Virus record (IMG/VR): IMGVR_UViG_3300013936_000025
Span: 4,048 to 68,047 of that record
Reading direction: 5' to 3' (one strand)
Length of the DNA: 64,000 nucleotides
Source of the DNA: a virus
Lineage: Duplodnaviria > Caudoviricetes
The notes under the pieces are model-generated. The model had not been told where the DNA came from, did not search any database, and saw only the letters and a program-made list of their open reading frames with translations. The position numbers were made by a program, and so were the translations under genes. Of the stretch, positions 1 through 9,068 are shown piece after piece. Position 1 is the stretch's first letter, and the number at the start of each line of letters is the position of its first letter.

Positions 1-63
1 ATCGCATGATAAAATGATTGAAAATGTTTTGCCTCTACCATCTGTGAAGACAGTAGAGGATTT

Positions 64-138
64 GGTCCTGTAGTTTAACTGCATAAAACATCCCTCTCCT
101 AAAGGGAAGATGTAGGGGTTGGAGTCCCCTCTGGACCA
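64..138 (+). tRNA. Degenerate tRNA-Arg(CCT)-like cloverleaf
   Basis: Acceptor stem GGTCCTG/CTGGACC (one mismatch), D-stem GTTT/AAAC, anticodon stem TCCCT/AGGGA with loop CTCCTAA, T-stem AGGGG/CCCCT. Atypical T-loop (TTGGAGT), GC instead of GG in the D-loop, followed by CTA not CCA. Confidence 0.65.
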
Positions 139-168
139 CTAAGTTTCAAACAGTTAAAGTAAAAGATT

Positions 169-336
169 ATGGTTTGGTTTTTAGTTGCTTTTGTATATGT
201 AATGATTGGAGTTGTAACCTACAAGTATATGAATGACAAGTGGGATAACACCAAGTTTGAGAAAGTATGGTTCAGTTGTGTATGGGTAACTCTCATTCCT
301 CTGTATATCGTACATCTCCTGCACAACAAGAAATAA
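169..336 (+). CDS. Small membrane protein, 55 aa (not in ORF track)
   Basis: ATG169..TAA336; MVWFLVAFVYVMIGVVTYKY...VWFSCVWVTLIPLYIVHLLHNKK has two hydrophobic segments. Confidence 0.6.
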   Translation: MVWFLVAFVYVMIGVVTYKYMNDKWDNTKFEKVWFSCVWVTLIPLYIVHLLHNKK

Positions 337-343
337 GCAGGAT

Positions 344-420
344 GCTCCCTTAGCTCAGTGGATTAGAGCAGCTTACTTCTAATAAGCAGGTCGTAGGTTC
401 AAGCCCTACAGGGAGTACCA
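344..420 (+). tRNA. trnR: tRNA-Arg(TCT)
   Basis: Canonical cloverleaf: GCTCCCT/AGGGAGT, GCTC/GAGC D-arm, GCTTA-CTTCTAA-TAAGC anticodon arm, GTAGG-TTCAAGC-CCTAC T-arm, encoded CCA. Confidence 0.95.
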
Positions 421-522
421 AGAATCATAATATCTAAATTTTATTAGTTAATGGATTGTTAACAGTAAGCTATAAAGAGTTATAGCAGTTGTTTGTTTAG
501 TAAAATAGATTATTATTATTTC

Positions 523-555
523 ATCCTCCTTGCTGAGATAGCTGGGAGGATTTTT
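523..555 (+). terminator. Rho-independent terminator
   Basis: ATCCTCC...GGAGGAT stem followed by a T-run, downstream of the tRNAs. Confidence 0.6.
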
Positions 556-617
556 AGTGTAAAGACAATGGTATATCGTCTTGATATGCTATAATATATA
601 ACTTAATTCTTTAAATA

Positions 618-908
618 ATGAGTACAAACAAAAAATGGACTGCCTCAGAAGATGAGATTCTCTTGCAGTCAGTAAAGCAAAGTCCACAAAATCTTAGTAG
701 ATGTTTCCTATCAGTAGCACAGAACATTGACAGAAGTCCAAGTGCAGTAGCTAATCATTGGTACACAGTAGTATAAAAGAGACCTGATACCACATGCTTC
801 TTTACTGCATCATCAAAACACCTGTCAAAAAACAGAAAGAATGGTGCAGGGGTTGAGATAAACAGAAGCATCTGGCAAAGATTTATGCAAATAATCAGAA
901 ACTTATAG
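618..908 (+). pseudogene. Myb/SANT-like HTH protein with an in-frame TAA at 774-776
   Basis: MSTNKKWTASEDEILLQSVKQ...RSPSAVANHWY is Myb-like; the frame stays open for 43 codons after the TAA, to TAG 906-908. Confidence 0.5.
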
Positions 909-911
909 CTT

Positions 912-1181
912 ATGATAGTAGAAGATAACATTAGGTCTCTCCTATCCCAGTGGAAGGAGAGGCTAAGTAATGAAAGTTACTCCGAGGAATATAGATGTGC
1001 CCTTGGAGAGTGTATGTATGACCTACAGAACATCCTTGATAAGATTAAGAAGGAAGAGGCAGCTAACCTTCAGGAGGTAATAGCTAATCTTCCCTCTAAG
1101 GAAGTAGAGGATTATCTCATGCAACAAGAGGCAGATGAATATCTAGCATCAATGGAGGCTCATGATTCATCAGCTGCCTAA
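912..1181 (+). CDS. Hypothetical protein, 89 aa
   Basis: ORF track; tight packing with neighbours. Confidence 0.75.
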   Translation: MIVEDNIRSLLSQWKERLSNESYSEEYRCALGECMYDLQNILDKIKKEEAANLQEVIANLPSKEVEDYLMQQEADEYLASMEAHDSSAA

Positions 1182-1228
1182 GTTATAAACATTAAGTTAA
1201 GAGAAGAAACAGAATAAATAAATAGACA

Positions 1229-1639
1229 ATGAAGAAGGTAGAAGTGAGTTGTGGATGTGCATTATGGATTATGATGATTGTGGGAATGATATGTCTTACT
1301 TGCATCAAATGCTGTGCTCAGACAACTCATGTGACATTGACCTATTACCAACCAGTCAGGAGCCAATGTGATAACAATCCATTGGTAACTGCTGATGGTA
1401 GTAAGATTAACTTGCATCATTTGAGGAACAATAGAATCAAGTGGTGCGCAATCTCTAGGGATTTATTATATCTCTTTCCAAAAGATAAGCCAAAGAGAGT
1501 GTCTATCGAGGGTTTTGGTGTCTATCAAGTCAAGGATGTAATGGCTAAAAGACATCATCACAGGATAGACATTCTCATCCATCCTAAGGACAGCAGGAAA
1601 ATATCAATAAACAATGTTAAAGTAAAGATATTAAAGTAA
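1229..1639 (+). CDS. 3D-domain (MltA-like double-psi beta-barrel) protein with N-terminal signal/anchor
   Basis: Hydrophobic N-terminus; VTLTYY...TADG...AISRDLL...VKDVM...RIDIL pattern of 3D domains. Confidence 0.7.
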   Translation: MKKVEVSCGCALWIMMIVGMICLTCIKCCAQTTHVTLTYYQPVRSQCDNNPLVTADGSKINLHHLRNNRIKWCAISRDLLYLFPKDKPKRVSIEGFGVYQVKDVMAKRHHHRIDILIHPKDSRKISINNVKVKILK

Positions 1640-1839
1640 TGGAAAGTAAATTTAATGTAGGTGACAAGATAGTTTATCAAGACAACAATGGTAAGTTTGT
1701 TGAGGGTACAGTAAAGGAAGTTTGGTTCTCATACTTTGTAGAATCCAATGATGAATTACATTCTCATCAATGTGTCTCACAAGATAAAGCCTACAAAGAT
1801 AAACAGGAAGTAATAGAAAATCTAGGATTAAATGACTAA
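1639..1839 (+). CDS. Hypothetical protein, 66 aa (KOW/SH3-like start, FNVGDKIVY)
   Basis: ORF track; 1-nt overlap with the upstream gene. Confidence 0.65.
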   Translation: MESKFNVGDKIVYQDNNGKFVEGTVKEVWFSYFVESNDELHSHQCVSQDKAYKDKQEVIENLGLND

Positions 1840-1876
1840 GGATTATTCAACAATACCTGAGATATGGTATTCTTAA

Positions 1877-3106
1877 ATGTATATAGATATGACAAGAGAA
1901 GAAGCTAAGAAGGCTTGTTTTGCAAGCTTGAAGAAGTCCAATTTCACTTTATTGGAACTACCTACTGGATTTGGAAAAACCTTCACTGCAATCCAGATGG
2001 TAAATCACTTGGTAGAGACAAAATATAAGGGAAAGCAGACCTCCATGCTTCTCCTTGTTGCTAAGATAGTACATAAGCAGACTTGGCAGGATGAGTTTGA
2101 TAAATGGGGAGGCATCAAAGTGGATAATCTTACCATAGAGTGCTATGAGTCATTGAAGAAGCACCAGTATGAGTCTTATGACATCATTGTTGCTGATGAG
2201 GGGCATCATTTAAACAGCGATAAAAGGCTAGATTTACTCAGTACCCTTACTTATGGTAATTTCATTGGTCTTAGTGCTACCTTTCCAAAGAAACTCAAGC
2301 AATATTTTCAGTATGCATATCATGCTGACATAGTATCATGTGACCTTGGTGATGCCATTGAGGATGATGTTCTTCCTGACCCTCAGATAGTATTGTTACC
2401 TCTTGAACTGGACAATACCAATTCTACAGAGGAAATAGAACTTAACCCTAAAACTAAGGGCAAGATATACTATGGTAATTATGCTGAGTTATGGAAGTAT
2501 AAGAAGATGAAGGTTCATGCTTTTATTTCCTGTACAGAGAAGCAAAGGTTGCTGGAATATAATTCTCAAATTTTATGGGAGAAGAATCTATATTCAAGGA
2601 ATAGGCAGGACTTCTTCAAGAACAGATGGCTGCATGATTGTGGTGAGAGAATCAAGTACCTAGCTAATCTAAAGAATGATGTGGTAAAGGATATTCTCAA
2701 GAAATTATCCAAGGAAAGAACCATTACCTTCTGTAAGACTATTGAACAAGCAGATTATCTTGGTAAGCATAGCATCCATTCAAAGAACAAAGAGTCCGAA
2801 GAGACATACAATGCCTTCAATGCAAGGAAGATAAATCATATTACGTCTGTTAATGTCCTTAATGAGGGAGCAAACCTAGTAGATTGTAAGTTTGCTATTT
2901 TTGCCAACTATTCCTCATCAGAGATATGTAGTGTTCAGAGATGTGGAAGGGCATTGAGACACAAGTCTCCTGTCATTATTCTACCTTTTTACAAGGGTAC
3001 TAGAGAAGAAGAGATTCTTACTAGTATGATTGAAGGATTCAACAGAGATAATATCATTGTTATTCATAATGTTGATGCCTTGGGACAATTTACAAAAAAT
3101 AAATGA
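1877..3106 (+). CDS. SF2 (DEAD/DEAH-like) helicase
   Basis: Walker A PTGFGKT, motif II DEGH, motif III SAT, motif V LNEGAN, motif VI QRCGRALR. Confidence 0.9.
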   Translation: MYIDMTREEAKKACFASLKKSNFTLLELPTGFGKTFTAIQMVNHLVETKYKGKQTSMLLLVAKIVHKQTWQDEFDKWGGIKVDNLTIECYESLKKHQYESYDIIVADEGHHLNSDKRLDLLSTLTYGNFIGLSATFPKKLKQYFQYAYHADIVSCDLGDAIEDDVLPDPQIVLLPLELDNTNSTEEIELNPKTKGKIYYGNYAELWKYKKMKVHAFISCTEKQRLLEYNSQILWEKNLYSRNRQDFFKNRWLHDCGERIKYLANLKNDVVKDILKKLSKERTITFCKTIEQADYLGKHSIHSKNKESEETYNAFNARKINHITSVNVLNEGANLVDCKFAIFANYSSSEICSVQRCGRALRHKSPVIILPFYKGTREEEILTSMIEGFNRDNIIVIHNVDALGQFTKNK

Positions 3107-3203
3107 TTTCATAGACAATAAATAGTAATATAATACGTTTATGGAAATAGAAACATAATCTAAGTAATTTGCTTTGAGCATATTGAGTTATCACAGAATC
3201 AGT

Positions 3204-3211
3204 TATCTTTG
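3204..3211 (+). promoter_or_regulatory. Bacteroidota-type -7 promoter box (TATCTTTG)
   Basis: Exact TAnnTTTG, ending 18 nt upstream of ATG3230. Confidence 0.65.
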
Positions 3212-3229
3212 CATAAAAATAAAAGCATT

Positions 3230-4636
3230 ATGGCAAATAAGAATAAAAGATATACAAGAGAGTTTAGTTATACTAGACCTATTATGTATCAGGGGGAAGC
3301 ATATCCCTCTGCTGATTCTGTGATAACTGATGAGCTTGGCAACAAGACCAATGGAACTATCTTTACAGATGCCTATGGTCAGTACTATACAAAGGATAAA
3401 GAAAACAATATCTTTCCAGTGATGCCTGTGGAGAACCTTGACGAAGTTACTATAACTGCCAAGAATAAGAGAGAACCTTTGTTGTTTAATCATTACTTGA
3501 CAGTGAATGATAACACAAGAGTGAACAACCTACCTCATAGAGAATATAATACACATCTCAAGGCTAATACTGAGAGAGGTGCTAGAGAACATGCTTTATG
3601 GGATAAAGAGCATCCTAACCTATCAGCATGGAGGGATGCAGCTACAGCAGTACCACTTGCAGTTGCTGCTACCCCTATAGTGTTAGGTACTGGGCAAGGA
3701 CTCCTTGGCACTACAGCAGGTCAAGCAGTTAAACATGGACTGACAGCTCTTATGGAGAATCCTTATGTAGTAGGTGCTAATGATGTACTTGGATTGGGGT
3801 TTGCAGGAAAGGGTGCTTATGATGTGACACAAGGTAAGTTTACTCCTGAGACTGCTATGGAATTAACAGGCTTCTATCCTTTTGGTAAGTCTCTTACAGG
3901 ATTGACTAAATCTAGGAAGATAAATAAAGGAATGGAAAATATTCTTGCAAACAGCAATAACTCTAACCCTTTTATCAATGAAGATATAGTATTCAACTAT
4001 AAACAAGACCCTTTAGAGATGCATTATGCAAGAGCTAAGGTTAAAGGTTATAGTCCTAATAGAATAGAATATTATAACTTAACAGAGGATTCTAATAAGA
4101 ATATGCAACTTATGCAAGAGTTAGCACCAATGTATGATGCTACTCCAGAAGAACTATTATCAGCATATAGAAATCATTTAGCTACAAGAAGTGGTCATGC
4201 AGCAACTTTAATGGATAAAAGAAATACTATAATTCATGATGGAATGCTTCCTAAGTCTCATGCTAGTGCTATTCTCTCACATGAAGTAGATCATGCTTTA
4301 CACATACCAGATGAACCTGTACCTGATGGAACATTTTTCCCCAGGATTAAGCTAGGTGGAGATTATTTTACAAGAAATAATAATACAGAGGTAGCAGCAA
4401 GAGGAAGTCAATTACATGATTACTTTGGACATACAGGGTCAGAACCTATTACAGCGGAAGAATTGAAATATGCCAAAGAACATTATGTCAAAGACACAGG
4501 TATTAATAACAATATGAGTAATATGTTGTGGAGTATTAATGATTATGATGCTTTAGCTAAGTGGATGACAAAGTATTCTACTGGCATTGTACCATTAGGA
4601 ATTATAGGTAATAATCAATTAAGCAATAATGAATAG
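3230..4636 (+). CDS. Modular protein with C-terminal HExxH zincin metallopeptidase (polymorphic-toxin-like); likely start ATG3230
   Basis: LDEVTITA linker, Ala/Gly-rich hydrophobic middle, C-terminal SHEVDHALH with downstream TEVAAR. Confidence 0.7.
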   Translation: MANKNKRYTREFSYTRPIMYQGEAYPSADSVITDELGNKTNGTIFTDAYGQYYTKDKENNIFPVMPVENLDEVTITAKNKREPLLFNHYLTVNDNTRVNNLPHREYNTHLKANTERGAREHALWDKEHPNLSAWRDAATAVPLAVAATPIVLGTGQGLLGTTAGQAVKHGLTALMENPYVVGANDVLGLGFAGKGAYDVTQGKFTPETAMELTGFYPFGKSLTGLTKSRKINKGMENILANSNNSNPFINEDIVFNYKQDPLEMHYARAKVKGYSPNRIEYYNLTEDSNKNMQLMQELAPMYDATPEELLSAYRNHLATRSGHAATLMDKRNTIIHDGMLPKSHASAILSHEVDHALHIPDEPVPDGTFFPRIKLGGDYFTRNNNTEVAARGSQLHDYFGHTGSEPITAEELKYAKEHYVKDTGINNNMSNMLWSINDYDALAKWMTKYSTGIVPLGIIGNNQLSNNE

Positions 4637-5012
4637 TATGTATATGATAACTGGTGACATTCATAATGATGAAGATGCTAAAAAAGCATTAGATAATACA
4701 TGTAAGCATTACAAATCTATATATAAAAAAATATTAAGTAGTATTAGCCATAAAGACCTAACGTTTTTAAATGCTAAAGAATGGTTCAAGAACCTTCCTT
4801 TACGTTATGCAAATAATTATTATCCTGAGGAAGTTAATCAAGTAATAGATGAATGCTTCAAACTATTATATGATTATTGCATAAAGGAACAAATTATAGA
4901 TTCAAATATTACTTATGTAGAGTTTTATGATGGAAAAGGGCTTTGTAATGAAGATTATCCTATAAGTAGGTGGTATGGAGAGAATGGTCCTCTAGGAAGA
5001 TTATTAGACTAA
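4629..5012 (+). CDS. Hypothetical protein, 127 aa (candidate immunity protein)
   Basis: Overlaps the end of the upstream gene, AT-rich, followed by a terminator; the function is inferred from position only. Confidence 0.65.
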   Translation: MNSMYMITGDIHNDEDAKKALDNTCKHYKSIYKKILSSISHKDLTFLNAKEWFKNLPLRYANNYYPEEVNQVIDECFKLLYDYCIKEQIIDSNITYVEFYDGKGLCNEDYPISRWYGENGPLGRLLD

Positions 5013-5030
5013 AATATATTTATTATAAAT

Positions 5031-5063
5031 AAAGGCACAATCCTTAACTGGGTTGTGCTTTTT
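5031..5063 (+). terminator. Rho-independent terminator
   Basis: GGCACAATCC/GGGTTGTGCT stem followed by a T-run. Confidence 0.75.
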
Positions 5064-5092
5064 GTATTTATATACCCTTAAATAATTAAGAT

Positions 5093-5632
5093 ATGGACAT
5101 AACAATCAACAATGAGGTGCTAAAGAAAGAGCATCTTACCATGGGTGAGTTCCTTGTGATGCTCATGGGATTCTACAATGTGAGATATAAGGACTGTTTT
5201 GACAGCTTAGTGGATAAGAAGATAATCTATAAAAATGTCTTTGACAAGGATGACATGGTTCTATCAGATAACACAAGGAACTTGATTACCAATATCCTTA
5301 TGAAGTCTGACAAGAGAATGTCCAATAGTAACATTGATTTTACGAAACTTGCCAAGAAATTGCAAGACCTATACCCTACTGGTTGTAAGTCTGGCACTAC
5401 CTACTCTTGGAGAGATAACACAGAGACTATAGCTGATAAGTTGAGGGCTTTGGTAGTAGTACATCATTTCTCTTTTACAGAGGAAGAAGCTATCAAGGCT
5501 ACCAAGGAATATGTAAGTTTCTTTGGTGAGGATAAAGGGAATATGCAATTATTGAAGTATTTCATCCTAAAGACAAAGAAAGATGGTGACATAGAATCTA
5601 TGTTCATGACCATCATAGAAAATAATAGATAA
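5093..5632 (+). CDS. Hypothetical replication-region protein, paralog of 6030..6629
   Basis: Shared pattern I.ATK.YV...M.L.KYFILK. Confidence 0.8.
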   Translation: MDITINNEVLKKEHLTMGEFLVMLMGFYNVRYKDCFDSLVDKKIIYKNVFDKDDMVLSDNTRNLITNILMKSDKRMSNSNIDFTKLAKKLQDLYPTGCKSGTTYSWRDNTETIADKLRALVVVHHFSFTEEEAIKATKEYVSFFGEDKGNMQLLKYFILKTKKDGDIESMFMTIIENNR

Positions 5633-5652
5633 TATTTTAAACTTTAAATAAT

Positions 5653-6027
5653 ATGAGCAACAAGAATTTTACAGAGACTTTTAAGTTAAAAAACATTAGT
5701 ATTGATTATAAAATCAATGAAGAGAAAGGTATTGTAGTAGCCATTGAGAAATTTGATTTTCCAAGTGGTTTCAAGAAGAAATACAATGACCATATCAAGA
5801 CCACTGGTGTAGCCAAGGTTAATAAAGAGGCAGGTGAAATCTTTAATGCTGAGATTGGTAAGAAGATTGCAAGAGCTAAGGCTGAGAAAGAGGCATTCAT
5901 CCAATTCAAGCTTAGAGTTCTTGAGATGAAGTGTAAGTTGGAAGGATTGCTGACAATCACCAACAATACCATTGACAAGATGACTACCAACATTCAGCAT
6001 CAGAAAGAATACATTAAATCATTTTAA
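5653..6027 (+). CDS. Hypothetical phage protein, 124 aa
   Basis: ORF track; FN.EIGKKIARAKA pattern seen in small phage proteins. Confidence 0.75.
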   Translation: MSNKNFTETFKLKNISIDYKINEEKGIVVAIEKFDFPSGFKKKYNDHIKTTGVAKVNKEAGEIFNAEIGKKIARAKAEKEAFIQFKLRVLEMKCKLEGLLTITNNTIDKMTTNIQHQKEYIKSF

Positions 6028-6029
6028 TC

Positions 6030-6629
6030 ATGAAGATAATATTAGATGAAAAAGCATGTCTCAAAAAAAAGTTAACCTTGCAGGAAGCACTCATTGCAGC
6101 AGCTGTAAGCATGGGAAATTTCAAAGGAACCTTTGATAACTTGATTAATAGGCAAGTTCTAGGTATCACAGGACAAAGCATAAACTCTGAATGGGAAAAC
6201 ATCATCAAGGGACTAATTGGCTCTGATGATGATGAAAGACTTGCTGCATTAGCTGTAAAGGTACAGGAATGTTTCCCTAAGCAGAAAATGGTCAATAACT
6301 ATGGTCAGGAATCACCATTCTATTTCAGATGCAACAAGACTGAGATTAAGAATAAACTCAAGAAGTTCTTGGAAGTATATGGTGAGGTATCTGATGAAGA
6401 CATCATTGATGCCACCAAGAGATATGTCAACTCCTATGCTCCTAAGGGATACAGAGGCATGAGACTTGCAAAGTATTTCATCTTAAAGGATGACAGGAAA
6501 CTATCAGCAGATGATGAAGTTCATGTTGAGCAACTTTCAGACTTGGCTACCTTCTTGGAAAATAAGACTGAGGAGAAAGCAGAGGATATTGTTGATGGTG
6601 ACGATTGGTTAATGAATAGTAGGAACTAA
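6030..6629 (+). CDS. Hypothetical replication-region protein, paralog of 5093..5632
   Basis: EDIIDATKRYV...MRLAKYFILK. Confidence 0.8.
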   Translation: MKIILDEKACLKKKLTLQEALIAAAVSMGNFKGTFDNLINRQVLGITGQSINSEWENIIKGLIGSDDDERLAALAVKVQECFPKQKMVNNYGQESPFYFRCNKTEIKNKLKKFLEVYGEVSDEDIIDATKRYVNSYAPKGYRGMRLAKYFILKDDRKLSADDEVHVEQLSDLATFLENKTEEKAEDIVDGDDWLMNSRN

Positions 6630-6630
6630 C

Positions 6631-6774
6631 ATGGATAAGGAAACATTGAAAGGTATTCTAGACCCATACTACCCTACTCTTCAAGAGATGATGTGCAATC
6701 TAAAGGAACATACCTTAGGAGGAGATGTAATCAAGGTAAACACATCAGCAGGAACAATAACAATTAGATTATGA
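6631..6774 (+). CDS. Small hypothetical protein, 47 aa (not in ORF track)
   Basis: ATG6631..TGA6774, with an ATGA overlap on the dnaB start. Confidence 0.5.
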   Translation: MDKETLKGILDPYYPTLQEMMCNLKEHTLGGDVIKVNTSAGTITIRL

Positions 6775-7401
6775 GTTTAGTTCAAAGAGTATTACAAAAT
6801 GCAGAGGAAAGGAGGAAAAGGATTCTTAGTGGAAAAGTTAATTGCATACCATCTCCTTTCAAGACCTTTAGATATGACTTTCCGGGAGTGGAATTAGGTA
6901 CCTATTATTTAGTGTCGGGAAGTGCTAAAGCTTCTAAGTCTAAGATAACAAATTTCTTATTCCTCTATAATACAATCTTATATGCTTATGAACATCCAGA
7001 GTTAGTTAAGGTAAAGATATTCTATGCTCTTCTTGAAGAGAAAGCTGAAAATATTACAGGCAAGTTTATTTGCTATTTACTATATAAGCTATCAGGAGGT
7101 AAAATAAGGATAGACATTAAGACATTTAAATCTGTAGATGAGGGAAGAATACTTTCTGCTGATATACTTGAGTTATTAAATACTCTTGAATATCAATCTA
7201 TACTTAATTTTTATGAAGAACATGTAGATTTTATTGTGGATAGGAATCCAACAGGTATCTATCATACATTGGAGAAGTATGCAGAAGCCAATGGAACTAT
7301 TCATAGGAAGAAAGTAAAAGGGTATGATAAAGAAGTGTTTGACTATTATGAACCAAATAATCCAGAAGAATATGTAATGTGCATTATAGACCATATAGGG
7401 T
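6771..7401 (+). CDS. dnaB: DnaB-like replicative helicase, exon 1 (spliced product about 365 aa)
   Basis: Walker A-like SGSAKASKS and Walker B IIDH. Joining nt 7401 to 8602 gives in-frame IIDHIGLISTERGMDL. Confidence 0.85.
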
Positions 7402-7505
7402 TAGAAATTAGCCGTCCTTAACAGTAATGTTTAGGATTATTAAGGAGCAAAGTCGGTGGATTTTAAGGGTTTTATTAAGTACTTTAGTTTCTGTTTCAAT
7501 TAATG

Positions 7506-7513
7506 TAACTTTG
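7506..7513 (+). promoter_or_regulatory. TAnnTTTG promoter box for the intronic endonuclease (TAACTTTG)
   Basis: Exact motif ending 25 nt upstream of ATG7539. Confidence 0.6.
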
Positions 7514-7538
7514 TACCATAATTATAAACTATATAAGT

Positions 7539-8429
7539 ATGGAAGATAAAAGTTACATGGAGTATAAAATATGCGCTCCTAGAGACCCAAGGTTTATTCA
7601 AATGTTAGTAGATGAATACAACAATACTAATATCTCTCTAAAAGATTTAAGTAAGAAGTATCATACTGATGCTTATTATGAATTTAAAATTCATAATATT
7701 CCAATTAGACCTAAGGGTGTGCAGAGAAGTTTAACTAGAATAAATTGTATAACCTTAAATTGGAACTTTGAGTCTATAGAAACAGAAGAACAAGCATATA
7801 TTACAGGACTATTATTTGCAGATGGATATACTAGTCATATGCAAATAGGTCTAAAATTAAAAAGAAGTGATAAAACATTATTGAAAAGAGTAAAAAACTA
7901 TTTTTCTCCAAATATAACTATTCAAGAACAATCAAATGGTTTTGGTTTTGTAATATCTTCAGATATTGCTTGTAAAAATTTAAAGCAACTTGGAAAAGTT
8001 AAAACTGGAGAACCTATACATATTCCTCAAATGAAGGATTCTTTAATTAGACATTTCATTAGAGGTTACTTTGACGGTGATGGTACAATATTTGTCTGTA
8101 ATAATAATAATGTAAAATTTTTCAAGTCCAATATTTGTTGTGTTACTACAAGTATTCTAGAAGAATTTCAGCAACAGTTACAAGCCAATGACATTTGTTG
8201 TACTATCAATAAAGAAAATAGGAAAGGTAAAACAATGAGAGTTCCAGAAGGAACTTGTATTTGTACTTTTGATATGTATAGATTATTCATTCGCAAGAAA
8301 GACTCAATAAAAAAGTTTTATCATTATCTTTATGATAATTGCAATATATACATGGAAAGAAAAAGAAAAGTATTTGAAGACAACAAAGAGCTGTTCAATT
8401 ATATAAGACCTAAGAAAATACCGAGCTAA
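7539..8429 (+). CDS. Intron-encoded LAGLIDADG homing endonuclease
   Basis: Two motifs, AYITGLLFADG and FIRGYFDGDG; the last codons overlap the intron Q element. Confidence 0.9.
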   Translation: MEDKSYMEYKICAPRDPRFIQMLVDEYNNTNISLKDLSKKYHTDAYYEFKIHNIPIRPKGVQRSLTRINCITLNWNFESIETEEQAYITGLLFADGYTSHMQIGLKLKRSDKTLLKRVKNYFSPNITIQEQSNGFGFVISSDIACKNLKQLGKVKTGEPIHIPQMKDSLIRHFIRGYFDGDGTIFVCNNNNVKFFKSNICCVTTSILEEFQQQLQANDICCTINKENRKGKTMRVPEGTCICTFDMYRLFIRKKDSIKKFYHYLYDNCNIYMERKRKVFEDNKELFNYIRPKKIPS

Positions 8430-8601
8430 CTTAGTGGATTGCGAAAGGCTACTAAGTAGTGTAGAGCATAGGAGATGAATAAATATAATTCTCCCAAGAG
8501 TGTTCCTCACCCTTTTTTACCTAAGGAGGGTGAATATATATGCCGACCTTATGGGAAACCATAAGAACTATAGGATAAAAAGCCTGTAGGATAACAAAGT
8601 G

Positions 8602-9068
8602 TAATTAGCACAGAACGTGGTATGGACTTAAGAAACTCTATCAAAAAATTATCCGAGTATCTTAAGATAGTTCGTAATAAATTCAACTATATACCAGTAG
8701 TAGTACAACAGCAAAATTCTGAGAACAACTCACTTGAGGCATTTAAGGCAAATAAAATTCGTCCCTCACAGAAAGGGTTACTGGATTGCCAAGACACCTC
8801 ACGCGACGCAGACCTATTTTTAGGTATAACTTCACCGTATGCTTGGGAATTAAAAGATTACTTGCATTATGACATAACCAAATTAAAAAGCTATGCAAAA
8901 TTCTTGGAGGTTGTACAAGGAAGAGATGGAGAAAGTAATGCCATCCTTGGTATGTATTTTGATGGAGCGACAGGATATTATGCACCACTTCCAAAGTATG
9001 ACAATCTAGAGCAACTTAACAAGGTATATCAGTTAATCAAAAAGAATCAAGAGAATACATCTAAGTAG
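8602..9068 (+). CDS. dnaB: DnaB-like helicase, exon 2
   Basis: VVVQQQ, CQDTSRDADLFLG and VVQGRDG match C-terminal DnaB motifs; in frame after splicing. Confidence 0.85.

Larger units (their letters stand above)
7402..8601 (+). mobile_element. Group I intron in dnaB (1200 nt)
   Basis: The 5' exon ends in U and the intron ends in G8601. AATTA near the 5' end can pair with exon-2 TAATT (P10). Core elements: GCAAAGTCGGTGGA, AATACCGAGC, GTGTAGAGCATA and TATGCCGAC (P7 GCAUA/UAUGC). Confidence 0.88.

Noticed and set aside
31-60. Hairpin CCTCTAC...GTAGAGG at the window start as a further RNA gene
   Set aside because: Too short and truncated by the window edge; no cloverleaf could be built.
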